Shown here in pieces: positions 29,725 to 40,715 of a stretch of 64,000 nucleotides of DNA (its first letter is position 1; every line of letters begins with the position of its first letter). Below the pieces are notes generated by a model. The model saw only the letters and a program-made list of their open reading frames with translations. It searched no databases and was not told the DNA's origin. The stretch is taken from positions 1,025,878 through 1,089,877 of the forward strand of contig CBDCGG010000002.1 of assembly GCA_965216605.1 (NCBI GenBank). Direction: 5' to 3'. The DNA comes from Alphaproteobacteria bacterium (GTDB lineage: Bacteria; Pseudomonadota; Alphaproteobacteria; JABAAW01). The position numbers and the translations under genes are program-made.

Positions 29725-30903
29725 ATGGTAGAAGAAGAAAGCCGTGTGCTGGAGTTCTCTTCATGTCGTGCTTTTTCGTCTGCCGACAGGGAGGCGATAC
29801 GGCGCTTCAACGCCTGCATCGACAAGAAGCAAATGATCTTGGAATACGACAAGACGGAATGCGACAAGAGTGCGGGCGGAATTTTGCGCGTTCTTTTGAA
29901 GGAGGTTGATCTGTACGAGGTGAGGCGTGTTGTGCAGGAGATTTCGCTACAACCCGCCTCTGCGACGGATGTTTTGCAGCGCGTCTTGAAAGAGGTGGAG
30001 GGTATCAAGAGTTACGGGATCAAGGGCAAGAAGCGTAAGTATGTGGGCTACAACAAGGAGCGAAAAGTGCAGGGTCGCGCTGCGAAGGTTGAAAAAAGAG
30101 GACAATATTTTTATGCACGCGACGCAAATTTTTCCAAAGAGAACAACACGCTGCCTGTGAAATATTGCAACAAGATCATTTGCGGGGACAGCGAAGGTAT
30201 TCTGAGGGGGTTAGAGGATAATTGCATCGATTTAATTTTTACCTCACCTCCGTATAACTTCGGACTTGAATATAAAAACGGTGAAGATGACAAAGCGTGG
30301 CAGGGTTATTTTGAAAAATTGTTTGCGGTCTTTGATGAGTGCATTCGTGTTTTGAAATATGGCGGCAGAATTGTTGTGAATGTTCAGCCGCTGTTTTCGG
30401 ATTATATTCCTAGTCATCATTTTATCAGCAATCATTTTTTGTCTAAGAAGATGATATGGAAGGGGGAGATATTGTGGGAGAAAAACAATTATAATTGCAA
30501 GTATACAGCTTGGGGTAGTTGGCGTTCTCCGAGCAACCCTTACTTAAAGTACACTTGGGAGTTTTTGGAGATATTTTGCAAGGGTGTGATGAAGAAAGAA
30601 GGCAAGCGTGAGGATAGCGATTTGACGGCGGATGAGTTTAAGAAATGGGTTTTGGGCAAGTGGTCAATAGCACCTGAGCGGGGGATGGTTGCGCATGGTC
30701 ATCCTGCGATGTTTCCTGAGGAGTTGGCTAGGCGTGTGATTAAGCTGTTCAGTTACAAGGGGGATGTTGTGTTGGATCCTTTTAACGGGGTTGGGACGAC
30801 TTGTGTGGCGGCGAAGAAGATCGAACGAAATTACTTGGGTATAGACATTGCGAGCGATTATTGCAAAAAAGCGAGCAAGCGTCTAGATGATGTGTTGCTA
30901 TGA
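29725..30903 (+). CDS. Beta-class N4-C/N6-A DNA methyltransferase with ~130-aa N-terminal extension
   Basis: IFTSPPY (motif IV) precedes HPAMFP and VLDPFNGVGTT (motif I); GGAG RBS before ATG 29725. Confidence 0.9.
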   Translation: MVEEESRVLEFSSCRAFSSADREAIRRFNACIDKKQMILEYDKTECDKSAGGILRVLLKEVDLYEVRRVVQEISLQPASATDVLQRVLKEVEGIKSYGIKGKKRKYVGYNKERKVQGRAAKVEKRGQYFYARDANFSKENNTLPVKYCNKIICGDSEGILRGLEDNCIDLIFTSPPYNFGLEYKNGEDDKAWQGYFEKLFAVFDECIRVLKYGGRIVVNVQPLFSDYIPSHHFISNHFLSKKMIWKGEILWEKNNYNCKYTAWGSWRSPSNPYLKYTWEFLEIFCKGVMKKEGKREDSDLTADEFKKWVLGKWSIAPERGMVAHGHPAMFPEELARRVIKLFSYKGDVVLDPFNGVGTTCVAAKKIERNYLGIDIASDYCKKASKRLDDVLL

Positions 30904-31583
30904 ACGATATAGACTCCCTTATTTTGTATTACGAGGAGAAGATGCAAGACTTGTTAGAGGAGGCATCGCCAGGTCAGATACGGGCAAAAAAAGGAGACTT
31001 GGTCACAATATTGGCACAAGGAGTAGTTCGCCTAGCATGGCATGAATTGAATTACAAAGAAGACGACATGACTTTTCGGTCGAGATACAAAGTTGAACTT
31101 AAGATTCAAGAAGAGTATATAAAAATGTTAGCCAAAGAAATTCAAATTGATATTAAAAAAAATTTTGAAAAATACAAATATAACCTTAAAATAGATGTTC
31201 CTGCTTTTCATAATAACGATCTGATCATTGCGATTGAATGCAAGGCTTTCGCTGAAAATGCCATGCTTAAAAGAATTCTTTTTGACGCTGAAATTGTCAG
31301 AATGAACTATCCTAATATAAAAAGTGTTTTGTTTCAATTGGAAAATCAAATGGGAGGGGATTACTCTGATATAAATAAACCGTTGCATCTTGGAAGTGGT
31401 CCCAGTCAAGCTTTGATGTCTTTCTTTCCCAAGGTAAAATTGCATGTTATCACATTGTTAGAAGGAGAAAGAAAAATTGATAAGCCTATCCATAAAAAAG
31501 AATACTATAAATCTTTGACAAAAAAATCGTTGGAGCGCGCTGTTGCCACGATGAAATTGATTATCAAGGATGCGTTGAATTAA
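30900..31583 (+). CDS. Putative type II restriction endonuclease
   Basis: ATGA-coupled to the MTase, AT-rich, IDVP...IAIECKA PD-(D/E)xK-like motif. Confidence 0.7.
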   Translation: MNDIDSLILYYEEKMQDLLEEASPGQIRAKKGDLVTILAQGVVRLAWHELNYKEDDMTFRSRYKVELKIQEEYIKMLAKEIQIDIKKNFEKYKYNLKIDVPAFHNNDLIIAIECKAFAENAMLKRILFDAEIVRMNYPNIKSVLFQLENQMGGDYSDINKPLHLGSGPSQALMSFFPKVKLHVITLLEGERKIDKPIHKKEYYKSLTKKSLERAVATMKLIIKDALN

Positions 31584-31597
31584 ATTTTAAAGGCTTA

Positions 31598-31652
31598 TAT
31601 CTGTTGCGCGAGCGCGTGCTTTTTAAAAAGCGCAAGCGAGAGCGCAACAGAC
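31598..31652. repeat. Solo 55-bp palindromic module (D-type)
   Basis: ATCTGTTGCGCGAGCGCGTGCTTTTTAAAAAGCGCAAGCGAGAGCGCAACAGAC; homologous copies at ~7127-7180 and ~37034-37084. Confidence 0.85.
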
Positions 31653-31672
31653 ATGCCATCTCATCCCGTTTT

Positions 31673-32674
31673 TCATACCTTCTCCGCCATCGCCGCCCTT
31701 CGTAACCGATCGTTCACAACCTCCCCCATCCCCTTCTCCGCTACCCTCGCAACCGCAATCCCATTATACCTCCCCTCGTCCAACGCTTGCAACATCATAT
31801 ACAAATTTCGCGCCGCCTCAACACAATCCCCCCCCATACTCAAATTCATATCCGCTCCCTCACAACAATCTCCGAATCCTAAAAATGCCTCCCCATCATC
31901 CAACCTCCCTAAAGCATTCAGCCGTAAAGGCAATCTCGGTGCATAGTGACGACCCAATAAACCCGGAGATAACTGAGAAGATAATATACCCTTATCTCCT
32001 GCCCCACCACGCAACAACTTCTCCCCTAATACAGCCTCCATCTCCGCAACCGAAACAGCTCCTAACCGTAAAACATATCCCTCATTCTCCATCTCACCCT
32101 TATCCTCCCCCATACCCATAAAAGAAATAACCGTAGACTCAATCCCCGTCTCGCAAACATCAACCGAATCCAAAACTAACGCAGGCTCATCTAATCCCGA
32201 AAAGGCAGAAACAACATGCTCCGCAGTCGTCGCACTCACACACCCAGAGCGATTCGCGCTCGGAGCAGCAATCGCTCCCCCAAACGCATCCAACAACGAC
32301 AACGCAACCCAATGCGAAGGAACACGCAACGCAACACTCCCCCTATCCGTCACAACACCACGAGGCGCAACACCATCGCCTCGATACGGAATAACTAATG
32401 TCAACCCCCCCGCCCAAAAATTCTGCGCAAGCAATCTAGCACGATGACACAATACTCCCCAACGCTCTGCCTCCTCCATACTCGAAACATGCACGATCAA
32501 CGGATTGCCGCGCGCTCGACCCTTCACACGATACAATCGTTCGACCGCCTCCTTGTTGGAAGCATCGCATCCTAATCCAAACACCGTTTCGGTCGGAAAA
32601 GCCACGAGCCTGCCGCGCGATAACAAAAGACCCGCCTCGCGCACAGAGGCATCGTTGGCAGAAGCAACCCTCAC
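31673..32674 (-). CDS. tsaC: Threonylcarbamoyl-AMP synthase (Sua5/TsaC)
   Basis: VAFPTETVFGLG, KGRARGNPLIVH, AAPSANRSG, PGLLGRHYAP. Confidence 0.93.
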   Translation of the reverse strand: MRVASANDASVREAGLLLSRGRLVAFPTETVFGLGCDASNKEAVERLYRVKGRARGNPLIVHVSSMEEAERWGVLCHRARLLAQNFWAGGLTLVIPYRGDGVAPRGVVTDRGSVALRVPSHWVALSLLDAFGGAIAAPSANRSGCVSATTAEHVVSAFSGLDEPALVLDSVDVCETGIESTVISFMGMGEDKGEMENEGYVLRLGAVSVAEMEAVLGEKLLRGGAGDKGILSSQLSPGLLGRHYAPRLPLRLNALGRLDDGEAFLGFGDCCEGADMNLSMGGDCVEAARNLYMMLQALDEGRYNGIAVARVAEKGMGEVVNDRLRRAAMAEKV

Positions 32675-34311
32675 CGCTTGTCCCCCTCGAATATATCGTC
32701 CTTCTCATCATCCGTCTCCTTCTGCGTTCTTTGCTCCGCCTCCTTGAAATCGTCTTTCGGCACACGAGAAAAAATCTCTACTGCAACGGCGCGCAACCCA
32801 CGCAGCAAAAAGAGATTTCCCTCGTTATTGCTGTTGTTATTTTTCTGCCTACCCTCCTGTGCGTTTGTGAAGGCGCGAGCGAGATTTCGCAAGAACGCCG
32901 TTGCCATCGTGCGAGGATTGCGATTGTCCATCAGCCACTGCTCGATGAGGGGTTCGGTACGAAGCCAAATATTGACGCGACTGTCCAAAAGTTTTCCTAC
33001 TCCTTCTCCTTGCAGCATGGATTTGTGTAGTAGTAATAACGAGGGTTGCGTTTCGATATCAAATTTGTCGCCGATACGAATCATGCCGAGCAGTAAGTCG
33101 GCGAAGGAGACTTCGTTTAAGTTAGATCTACTGAACAGGGGTTCTCCCACTGATCGACAAGCTAGCGTGAGACTTTCGATATCGACATGCGAGGCGGCGT
33201 AGCCTCCGTCTATATAGGCGCGGGCAACGCGAGCGTAGTCGCGTTTTATAAAGCCTTGCAGTATGTCGGCGAGTAGATGTCTAGTTGCCAAGTTGAGATG
33301 TCCCATGATGCCGAAGTCGACGGGTACCATGGTGCCGTCGGGTTCGACGAAGAGGTTGCCGGGGTGGATGTCGGCGTGGAAGAAGCCGTCGCGGAAGGTC
33401 TGCTTGAAGAAGACATGCGCCGAGCGTTCGAGTAGCGTCTCGCTGTCGATGCCGAGTTTATCGAGCGCCTTGCGATCGTCTATCCTGACTCCCTCGATCC
33501 ATTCTAGCGTGAGGACGCGGCGATTGGTACGACTCCAATCTATCCAGGGTACTCGAAAGCCTTTTTCGCCGTGCATGTTTTCTGCTAATTGTGATGCTGC
33601 TGCTGCTTCGCGTCTGAGGTCGACTTCAGCTTCTACCCAGCTTGTGTATCTGTCGACTATATTTTGGAAGCGCAGGGCTTTGAGGTGCGGATTGCGCCAT
33701 TCGGCTATGCGTATTACTGAGCGAGTGAGTGCTATTTCGCTTTGGAATTGTTGTTCGATATTGGGACGCAGTATTTTGACGGCGACATCTTTTCCTTCTT
33801 TTGTTTGTGCGCGATGCACTTGTGCTATCGAGGCGGCGGCGGAGGATTCTTCTGCGAAGGAGGTGTAGAGTTCGGATAGATTTTTGGAGAAGGCTTGTTC
33901 TATTTCTCGTTTGATAGTTTTGAAGGGTAGGGGAGGCAAGCGGTCTTGCAGTAGGGAGAGGGCTTGTGCGGTTTCTTCGCCGACGAGGTCGGGACGCACT
34001 GAGAGGGCTTGTCCGAGTTTGGCGTATCCTCCTCCTAGTTTTGCGATAGCTTTACGCAGGCGTTCGGCGCGTTGTTTTTTCGTGAGATTTTTGTTGGATA
34101 GGCGCAGTAGTTTTGCGAGGGGTTTCGGGAGCAATCCGATATCGGCGAGCGAGAAGAGCGCGCCTGTGCGCGTGAAGCAGAAGAGAAGTTTCCATAGGGC
34201 GTGGAGTTGTTTTAAGAATCCTACTTTTGTTCTCGCCTTTGTTTTTGGGTTTGTTTTTTTTTGTTTGGGGGGAGGGGTATATTTTGTTTTGGGGTATGTT
34301 TTTTTTATCAT
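32671..34311 (-). CDS. ubiB: Ubiquinone biosynthesis kinase-like protein UbiB
   Basis: KLGQALSVRPD, AAASIAQVH, DGFFHADIHPGN, DFGIMG; ATGA overlap with the ubiE stop. Confidence 0.93.
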   Translation of the reverse strand: MIKKTYPKTKYTPPPKQKKTNPKTKARTKVGFLKQLHALWKLLFCFTRTGALFSLADIGLLPKPLAKLLRLSNKNLTKKQRAERLRKAIAKLGGGYAKLGQALSVRPDLVGEETAQALSLLQDRLPPLPFKTIKREIEQAFSKNLSELYTSFAEESSAAASIAQVHRAQTKEGKDVAVKILRPNIEQQFQSEIALTRSVIRIAEWRNPHLKALRFQNIVDRYTSWVEAEVDLRREAAAASQLAENMHGEKGFRVPWIDWSRTNRRVLTLEWIEGVRIDDRKALDKLGIDSETLLERSAHVFFKQTFRDGFFHADIHPGNLFVEPDGTMVPVDFGIMGHLNLATRHLLADILQGFIKRDYARVARAYIDGGYAASHVDIESLTLACRSVGEPLFSRSNLNEVSFADLLLGMIRIGDKFDIETQPSLLLLHKSMLQGEGVGKLLDSRVNIWLRTEPLIEQWLMDNRNPRTMATAFLRNLARAFTNAQEGRQKNNNSNNEGNLFLLRGLRAVAVEIFSRVPKDDFKEAEQRTQKETDDEKDDIFEGDKR

Positions 34312-35079
34312 AGTTTCCATCCTTTGTGCAGGGCGGCGATTCCTGCGCCGAGGGGTTGGGTTGTGCATCGTGCGAAGCCTGCGTTTTTCATGGCGGTGTT
34401 GAGTTCTAGGGGAGTCATGAATCCTTGTATGCTTTCTGCTAGGTAGATGTAGCTATCTTCGGAGTTAGCGATATGCTTTCCTAGTTTGGGCAGGATTGTG
34501 TTGCACCATGTTTTGTAGAGGGGTTGGATTTGGGGGAGGGGTTTGGGTGCGAATTCTAGGACGAGTATTTTTCCTCCGAATTTCAGGCATCGGTACATTT
34601 CTTTTAGAGCTTTATGGATATGGGTTGTATTTCTGAGTCCCCAGGCGCAGGTTACTGAGTGGAAGTATTGGGAGGGGAGTTGTGAGTTTTCCATGTTATC
34701 TTGGAGGAAGGTTGTTTTATGGAGGAGATTTTTTTTTGTGGCTTTTTGTTTTCCTATATCGAGCATATTGGGGCTGAGGTCTGTTATTGTTGCGTGTTTT
34801 CCTCCTTGGCGGAGGAATTTTAGGGCGATATTGGCTGTACCTCCTGCGGCGTCCCAGAGGGATTCGTGGGGGAGTGGGGATAGGGATTGGATGAGGTAGT
34901 TTTGCCAGATTCTGTGGAGTCCGAGGCTCATGAGGTCGTTCATGAGGTTGTAATGGGGTGCTATATTATTGAAGAGGGATTGGATGCGGAGGGGTTTTTG
35001 GGATGGGGGTATGGATTGGGTACCGAAGGGGACGGAGTCGACATCGGAGTTGGAATCGGGCGTGGGTTTTTGGGGACAT
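34308..35079 (-). CDS. ubiE: Ubiquinone/menaquinone C-methyltransferase UbiE (apparent +1 frameshift right after the start)
   Basis: MNDLMSLGLHRIW, DAAGGTANIA, YLAESI. The frame is open upstream of 34943 (SVPFGTQ..IQSLFNNIAPHYNLMND) but has no in-frame start; ATG 35079 is one base out of frame. Confidence 0.88.
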
Positions 35080-35141
35080 GGGGGGATTGTATCATAGTTG
35101 GGTTTGTTTGTCTGGGATTGCTATGCATGGTTGGCTTTTGT

Positions 35142-35566
35142 GTGTCTGCCTTTGCTCGCCTGCGCTTTTTAAGAGGCGCGCCATCTTCATGGGACGCACA
35201 CGGCAAGCCGTGCGCTATGGCAAAGGCAGACACGGGCTTTTTGGATTAGGTAACATACGCAAGACGAGCGAGCCGTAGGCGAAGTGAGTTTTGCGCATGG
35301 GGGGTGTGGGGGGACGAAGTTCCCCCGCAAAAGACCCCGCGTCAGCGGAGCGCCATAGCGCACGGCTTGCCGTGTGCGTCCATGATATGTTGGTGCGCTT
35401 TCTACGCACTCGCGCGAAACCCGAGAAGGGTTACGCGCGTAGCGCGTAGCCTCTTATTCAAAAGCGCGTGGGGGGATAAATTTCCCTCGCAGAAACGCGC
35501 AATACTGACTCGTAACATGGTACGGTGATTCGAGTTTTCCTCGCCCTAGAGAAGAAAAGAACGCGC
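35142..35566. repeat. Repeat cluster L4 (forward)
   Basis: About 130 bp nearly identical to 6706-6816, plus the A- and C-type blocks. Confidence 0.93.
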
Positions 35567-35792
35567 AAAAAGCCTCTTGACACGGAGCAGCTTTTATGCG
35601 AAAAACACCATAGACACACAAAAAATCGCGCACAGCGCGACCCTCTTGACCGATAGGTAGCGATATGAACATTTTTTGGGCACACATCAGAGCTTTTTTT
35701 ATAGTAGACATAGCAGAAATCATATCCGACAAGGGCATGGATGGGCACTATCTTGCAAAGAAATCAGAAGAAAAATCGAAGCGTTTCGTCTT

Positions 35793-36790
35793 ATGAGTAA
35801 GAAAAAGCAGAGGAGCTATTTTTCAGATGCTTTGAATTTTATAAAAAACAATCTTGTGAAAGGCGGATTTGATAATAAAACTCGTATGAAATACTTGATG
35901 CGTTTTCTTAAAATAGCTAAACCTTCAATATTTTGCCCTAATATAGATTCTGTTCCTGATAAAGTGTGGAATTTGTATTTTCAAATAAAAAAGATGGCGG
36001 AGAAATTTATTAACGAATTGCGCGGCATTGATAAAATTAAAGAAGATGATTTTTTGAACATGTTAAGTCATAAAGAGCAAATAATTTTTATTGACGTTAT
36101 CAATGAAACTATGAATGCCTTGGATTTGTCAATATTTATGTTTCAAGATAAGTCTTTGGAATATGAAGAGCATACATATCAAACCCGTAGTGACCTTCGA
36201 AAATTAATTGCTAATAAAAACAAAATTGAAAAAATTATTGGCTCTACATTGCCAAAAGTAACAAAACAAGAAAATACTAATTTAAAGATATTTTCAAGAA
36301 CCTTTAGAAAGAAAGCGGCGCAGTACAGAAAAAATTCTCGGTTGTTTTTGCTTGGGGTGGTTATCCCTCTTGTCACTATTGTTTTCCTTGCGAAGTTTTC
36401 AAATTTTTTTGATTACAAGATAGAATTCCCTCCCCCCAAGGATGCTGACAGCACTGCTTTTTACATTTATTTTATATCAAAAATTTTGTTTTCTGGCAGG
36501 TTGTTGTTTGCAATAACAACTCTCACAGGATTTTTCTACTGCCTACGCTTTTATGCTGCCAATCAGCACAACGCTATTATTTGTGACCAGAGAGCCAACA
36601 CCCTAGAAGCCTTTGAACCATTGTACGAAAATGTAACACGAAAAGTGGTAAGGAGAGGTCTCTCGTTGTCCAGAAAGTTCTTCAATCTGCGACAGAGCAT
36701 CTGCCGACAGGGTTTACAAAACAACAAAGCGATAGCGGGGGAGGTGTTGACCTTTCTACTCTTGCCTCGCTTTTAAAGTTTAAAGATTGA
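35793..36790 (+). CDS. AT-rich uncharacterised membrane protein (2 TM, C-terminal NxHN..ICDQRANTL motif); frameshift near 36640
   Basis: The ORF track ends at 36776, but an alternative frame from ~36641 reads KSGKERSLVVQKVLQSATEHLPTGFTKQQS..KD* (stop 36790) and matches the paralog at 45500-45590. Confidence 0.7.
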
Positions 36791-36793
36791 AGG

Positions 36794-37123
36794 GCGCACT
36801 TCGTGCGATTCTTTTTGTCTCTAGGTGAGCAGAAAACAGAATCGCCGTACCATGTTACGAGTCAGCTTGCGCGTTTCTGCGAAACGCGCTTTTGAATAAG
36901 AGGCTACGCACTTCGTGCGTAGAAGGCGCTTACGCGCCCCGCTGACGCGTGGTCTTTTGCGAGGGATTACTCCCTCGCGCTCCCCGCGTGCTACGCACGC
37001 GATGTTTTGCGCCCGTCATCATACAAAGCTCGTCTGTTGCGCGAGCGCGTGCCATTAAAAAGCACAAGCGCGAACGCAACAGACAGACAAAGCCTCAAAA
37101 GCCAAGCAAGTAAAGGCAGACAC
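36794..37123. repeat. Repeat cluster R4 (reverse)
   Basis: Its reverse complement matches L2/L4/L5 blocks over ~220 bp (GTACCATGTTACGAGTCAGCTTGCGCG..TTTTGAATAAGAGGCTACGC..GCGAGGGATTACTCCCTCGC). Confidence 0.93.
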
Positions 37124-37264
37124 ACACACAAAACCCTCAAAAACTCCCGAAAATACAAACGGCATATCCTTTGCAACGCTATATTAAAACTCACATTCCC
37201 CTTGCAATCCTCCCCGTTTTGTGATTCCCTATAACCCACGACAACCCCTCCATCCCCCCTCCCA

Positions 37265-37570
37265 ATGTCTCCTCCTAATCCCTCCCCAATGCCAACACCC
37301 GAAACGCCAGTCGGAAGAAAAACCGGCATCGTATCACCCTGCATATCCATCTGCACCATCGACGAAATCACAGGACTCTGCAAAGGATGCCTCAGAACAA
37401 AAGCAGAAATAAAAACATGGCTCAAAGCAACAAGACCACAACAACTAGAAATCCTCGAAACACTCAAACTCCGTAAAAACTCCATCCGTAAAAATCAAGG
37501 CGCAAGACAAAGAAAAATCACTAAACGACAACTCCTCAAACAAAATCAAAAACTTCCATCTGATACATAA
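37265..37570 (+). CDS. DUF1289-like small Cys-rich protein
   Basis: SPCISICTID..GLCKGCLRT..EI..W. Confidence 0.8.
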   Translation: MSPPNPSPMPTPETPVGRKTGIVSPCISICTIDEITGLCKGCLRTKAEIKTWLKATRPQQLEILETLKLRKNSIRKNQGARQRKITKRQLLKQNQKLPSDT

Positions 37571-37610
37571 CTCTACAACACACCTCCCCCATTTTCCCCC
37601 TGTTTTCCCT

Positions 37611-39971
37611 ATGTCCACCTCCATACTAATCCCCATATCCGCAAACTCCCTAAACCTCATGAATTCCCCATCGAACCCCAAAAATAATTCTCAAGCGAAT
37701 TCTATCGCCATAGCACTCTGGCACTTCACGCAAAAAGAACGCCGAGCATCCCTCTTCATACCACTAGCTATCCTCTCTTCCCTAGCCCTCGTCTCCTACG
37801 CACCGCAAGACCCCTCGCTCAATACCGCAACCTTCGCCTCAGAAAATATACAAAACTGGCTAGGTAAAGCAGGAGCAATCCTCGCAGACCTCCTCATACA
37901 ATCCTTCGGAAAAGCCGCCTGGATCATATCCGCCATACTCCTAAGCCTCAGCATAAAATCTAATAAAACAACCCTCGCCCGTACAACTTGCCTCGCCCTG
38001 AGTATAACACTCGCCTCCATAACAGCCGCCCTCCTCATCCCCGAAGCAACAAACAACTATCCCGCTGGAGGAGGAGGAATCATAGGCGAAATCTTCCGAA
38101 ACGCAACATACACAAATAATCCAACCCTACAAAAAACAACCCTTCTTATAACCTCCCTCGCCTCCCTCCTCCTCTTCCTAGCCGCAACGCCTAACCTACC
38201 CAAAGCGACGCTCCGCGCTATCCAACACATCCCCAAAAGAATCCTCAATATAACAACACTCGTAAAACAAACAATACAAGCCCTCGCACAAACGCTCCGC
38301 AACGAACAACCCATCCTGTTGCGAACCCCCCTCGCAACACAATCTCCGCCACCTCAACAAGAACAACCCCCAACACAATCTCCCCAAGAAGAACCTCCCC
38401 AAGCAGCAGAACAAGAAATTCCCACATACCACCCTCTCGAACAACCCCTTGCCGAACACCCCCTTGCCGAACAAATTCCTGTCGAACAGGAACTCGTCTC
38501 ACCACCTCAAGAAGAGGACATCGCACACGCCTCCTCGTTATCCAGCTCTCGCTCCTCCTCCTTCCGCGCGCCGCCGCTCTCTCTGTTGAGCGAAGCAGGC
38601 GACAAAACCTCCAACCTCCCGACACAAGAAGAACTGGAGGACACCTCGCAGCGTCTAGAAAAAACACTCGCCGACTACGGCGTGCGCGGCAGCATCACCG
38701 ATATACAATGCGGTCCCGTCATCACGCTCTACACGCTAGAGCCCGCGCCCGGCGTTAAAGCCTCGCGCGTTGTCAGCCTCGCCGAAGATATCGCGCGCAC
38801 CATGCAACGCATCTCGGTGCGTATCGCCGTGATCCCCGGCAAGAACGGTATCGGTATCGAGTTGCCCAACAAACACCGCCAAACCGTCGTCTTGAAAGAA
38901 CTGCTGGAAGCCGCCTCGCCGACGCTCTTCCTGCCGCTCGCGTTGGGTAAATCCAGCGATGGCACGCCGCAAATCGCCGACCTCGCCGATATGCCTCACC
39001 TCCTCATCGCAGGAACAACGGGCGCAGGAAAGTCGGTAGGGCTCAACGCCATGATCCTCTCGCTGCTCTACAGACACGCGCCGCAAGATTGCCGTCTCAT
39101 ACTCATCGATCCCAAGATGCTGGAACTCGCCGCCTACCAAGATATTCCCCATCTGCTCGCCCCCGTCGTCACAGAGCCCGAAAAAGCCCTCGCCGCCCTG
39201 CGTTGGACAGTGCTAGAAATGGAACGTCGCTACCGAATGATGGCAGAACTCGGCGTACGCAATATCGAGGGCTATCGTAGAAAACTCCGCTTACAGAAAA
39301 ATTCTAACGCAGAAACAATGCCCTATATCGTCGTCATCATCGACGAGATGGCAGACCTCATGCTGACATCAGGACGCAACATCGAGGGTGTGTTGCAACG
39401 CCTCGCGCAAATGGCACGCGCCGCCGGCATCCATCTGATCGTCGCAACGCAACGCCCCTCGGTAGATGTGGTCACAGGCACGGTGAAAGCTAACTTTCCC
39501 ACGCGCCTGAGTTATCGCGTCGCCTCCAAGTTCGACAGTCGCACCATTCTCAACGAGCAGGGCGCAGAGACGCTGCTAGGCAGAGGCGACATGCTCTATA
39601 TGCCCGGCGGCAAGATCACGCGCATCCACGGCCCCTTCGTCGGCGAAGAGGAGGTCGAGGCGGTATGCAACTTCCTCAGGCAGCAGGCACCGCCCGACTA
39701 CAGAGAGGAGATATTAGAGGTCAAAACTAAGACCAATCTCGCGGCGACAGAGGGCAACGATCCGCTTTATAAGCAAGCCGTCGGAATCGTCGCCAAGCAT
39801 CAGCGTGCCTCCACGAGCTTTTTGCAGCGACAGTTGCAAATCGGCTACAACCGAGCCGCGAGAATTATCGAGCGCATGGAAGAAGAGGGTAAAATCTCGC
39901 TGGCAGATGCGACGGGCAAGCGGCGTGTGTTGCTACAAGCTGCTAGCGACGCAGATAACTTCGATGCGTGA
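37611..39971 (+). CDS. ftsK: DNA translocase FtsK
   Basis: N-terminal TM helices, PHLLIAGTTGAGKS, IDEMADLM, ATQRPSVDV, gamma domain LQRQLQIGYNRAARI. Confidence 0.96.
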   Translation: MSTSILIPISANSLNLMNSPSNPKNNSQANSIAIALWHFTQKERRASLFIPLAILSSLALVSYAPQDPSLNTATFASENIQNWLGKAGAILADLLIQSFGKAAWIISAILLSLSIKSNKTTLARTTCLALSITLASITAALLIPEATNNYPAGGGGIIGEIFRNATYTNNPTLQKTTLLITSLASLLLFLAATPNLPKATLRAIQHIPKRILNITTLVKQTIQALAQTLRNEQPILLRTPLATQSPPPQQEQPPTQSPQEEPPQAAEQEIPTYHPLEQPLAEHPLAEQIPVEQELVSPPQEEDIAHASSLSSSRSSSFRAPPLSLLSEAGDKTSNLPTQEELEDTSQRLEKTLADYGVRGSITDIQCGPVITLYTLEPAPGVKASRVVSLAEDIARTMQRISVRIAVIPGKNGIGIELPNKHRQTVVLKELLEAASPTLFLPLALGKSSDGTPQIADLADMPHLLIAGTTGAGKSVGLNAMILSLLYRHAPQDCRLILIDPKMLELAAYQDIPHLLAPVVTEPEKALAALRWTVLEMERRYRMMAELGVRNIEGYRRKLRLQKNSNAETMPYIVVIIDEMADLMLTSGRNIEGVLQRLAQMARAAGIHLIVATQRPSVDVVTGTVKANFPTRLSYRVASKFDSRTILNEQGAETLLGRGDMLYMPGGKITRIHGPFVGEEEVEAVCNFLRQQAPPDYREEILEVKTKTNLAATEGNDPLYKQAVGIVAKHQRASTSFLQRQLQIGYNRAARIIERMEEEGKISLADATGKRRVLLQAASDADNFDA

Positions 39972-39975
39972 GGAT

Positions 39976-40710
39976 ATGGCTGTGAGTGTTTTTCTTCGGA
40001 ATATTTTGCTTGAGAGAATTTTGCTTGGAAAAATTTCTCTTTGTCTTTTTTTGTGGTTCGGTTTGGCTTTTGTCGTTGCACCTGCTCTCGCTCAGGAAGA
40101 GGGCGAACAGCAGCAGGGCGAACAGCAGCAGGAGGTTGTTTGTTCTTTGAATAAGGAGGAGGTAGCAAATGCTTTCTTACGCGCGCAGGATTATTTGCGT
40201 CATCTGCCTGCCGTTCAGACGCGGTTTGTACAGTACGACGCTAAGGGAGTGAAGCATGAGGGATTGTTGCGATTGTCTCCTCCGTATCGGATGCGTTTGG
40301 ACTACGACGCGCCGTCGGGCTTGCGGCTGTATGTGAATACGCGCGAGGCGTTGCATGTTGACATGAAGCGCAAGTTTGTTCGGCAGTATCCTGTGCTTGC
40401 TCTGCCTGTGGTTAGAATGTTGCAGCGAATTTTTTCAGGCAAGGGCTCGAAGACTTTGCAAGCGACAAGGGTTTGTATGCTTGAGGGTGAGTATGAGGTT
40501 TTGCGGGTGAGGTTTCGCAAAAAAGCGACGCGGGGTTATGCGGAGTTATATTTTCGCAAGTTGCCGTATTTGTTTTTGGGCTGGGATTTGCATGACAGCG
40601 GTTCTGGGACGACGCAGATTCGTTTTCGGGGATTGGAGGTATTGGAGAATCCTAAAGTGACTACTTTTCGCTTTGAGGCTCCGTGGGTTGTGAAGCGCGA
40701 CGAGCGGTAG
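39976..40710 (+). CDS. lolA: LolA-like outer-membrane lipoprotein carrier
   Basis: Signal peptide, RFVQ...PYRMRLDY pattern, and the conserved position after ftsK; divergent. Confidence 0.65.
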   Translation: MAVSVFLRNILLERILLGKISLCLFLWFGLAFVVAPALAQEEGEQQQGEQQQEVVCSLNKEEVANAFLRAQDYLRHLPAVQTRFVQYDAKGVKHEGLLRLSPPYRMRLDYDAPSGLRLYVNTREALHVDMKRKFVRQYPVLALPVVRMLQRIFSGKGSKTLQATRVCMLEGEYEVLRVRFRKKATRGYAELYFRKLPYLFLGWDLHDSGSGTTQIRFRGLEVLENPKVTTFRFEAPWVVKRDER

Positions 40711-40715
40711 GGGGG

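Noticed and set aside
29725-31583. Naming the RM specificity (for example a CTAG-type system)
   Set aside because: Cannot be established without a database; CTAG sites are not obviously depleted in the window.
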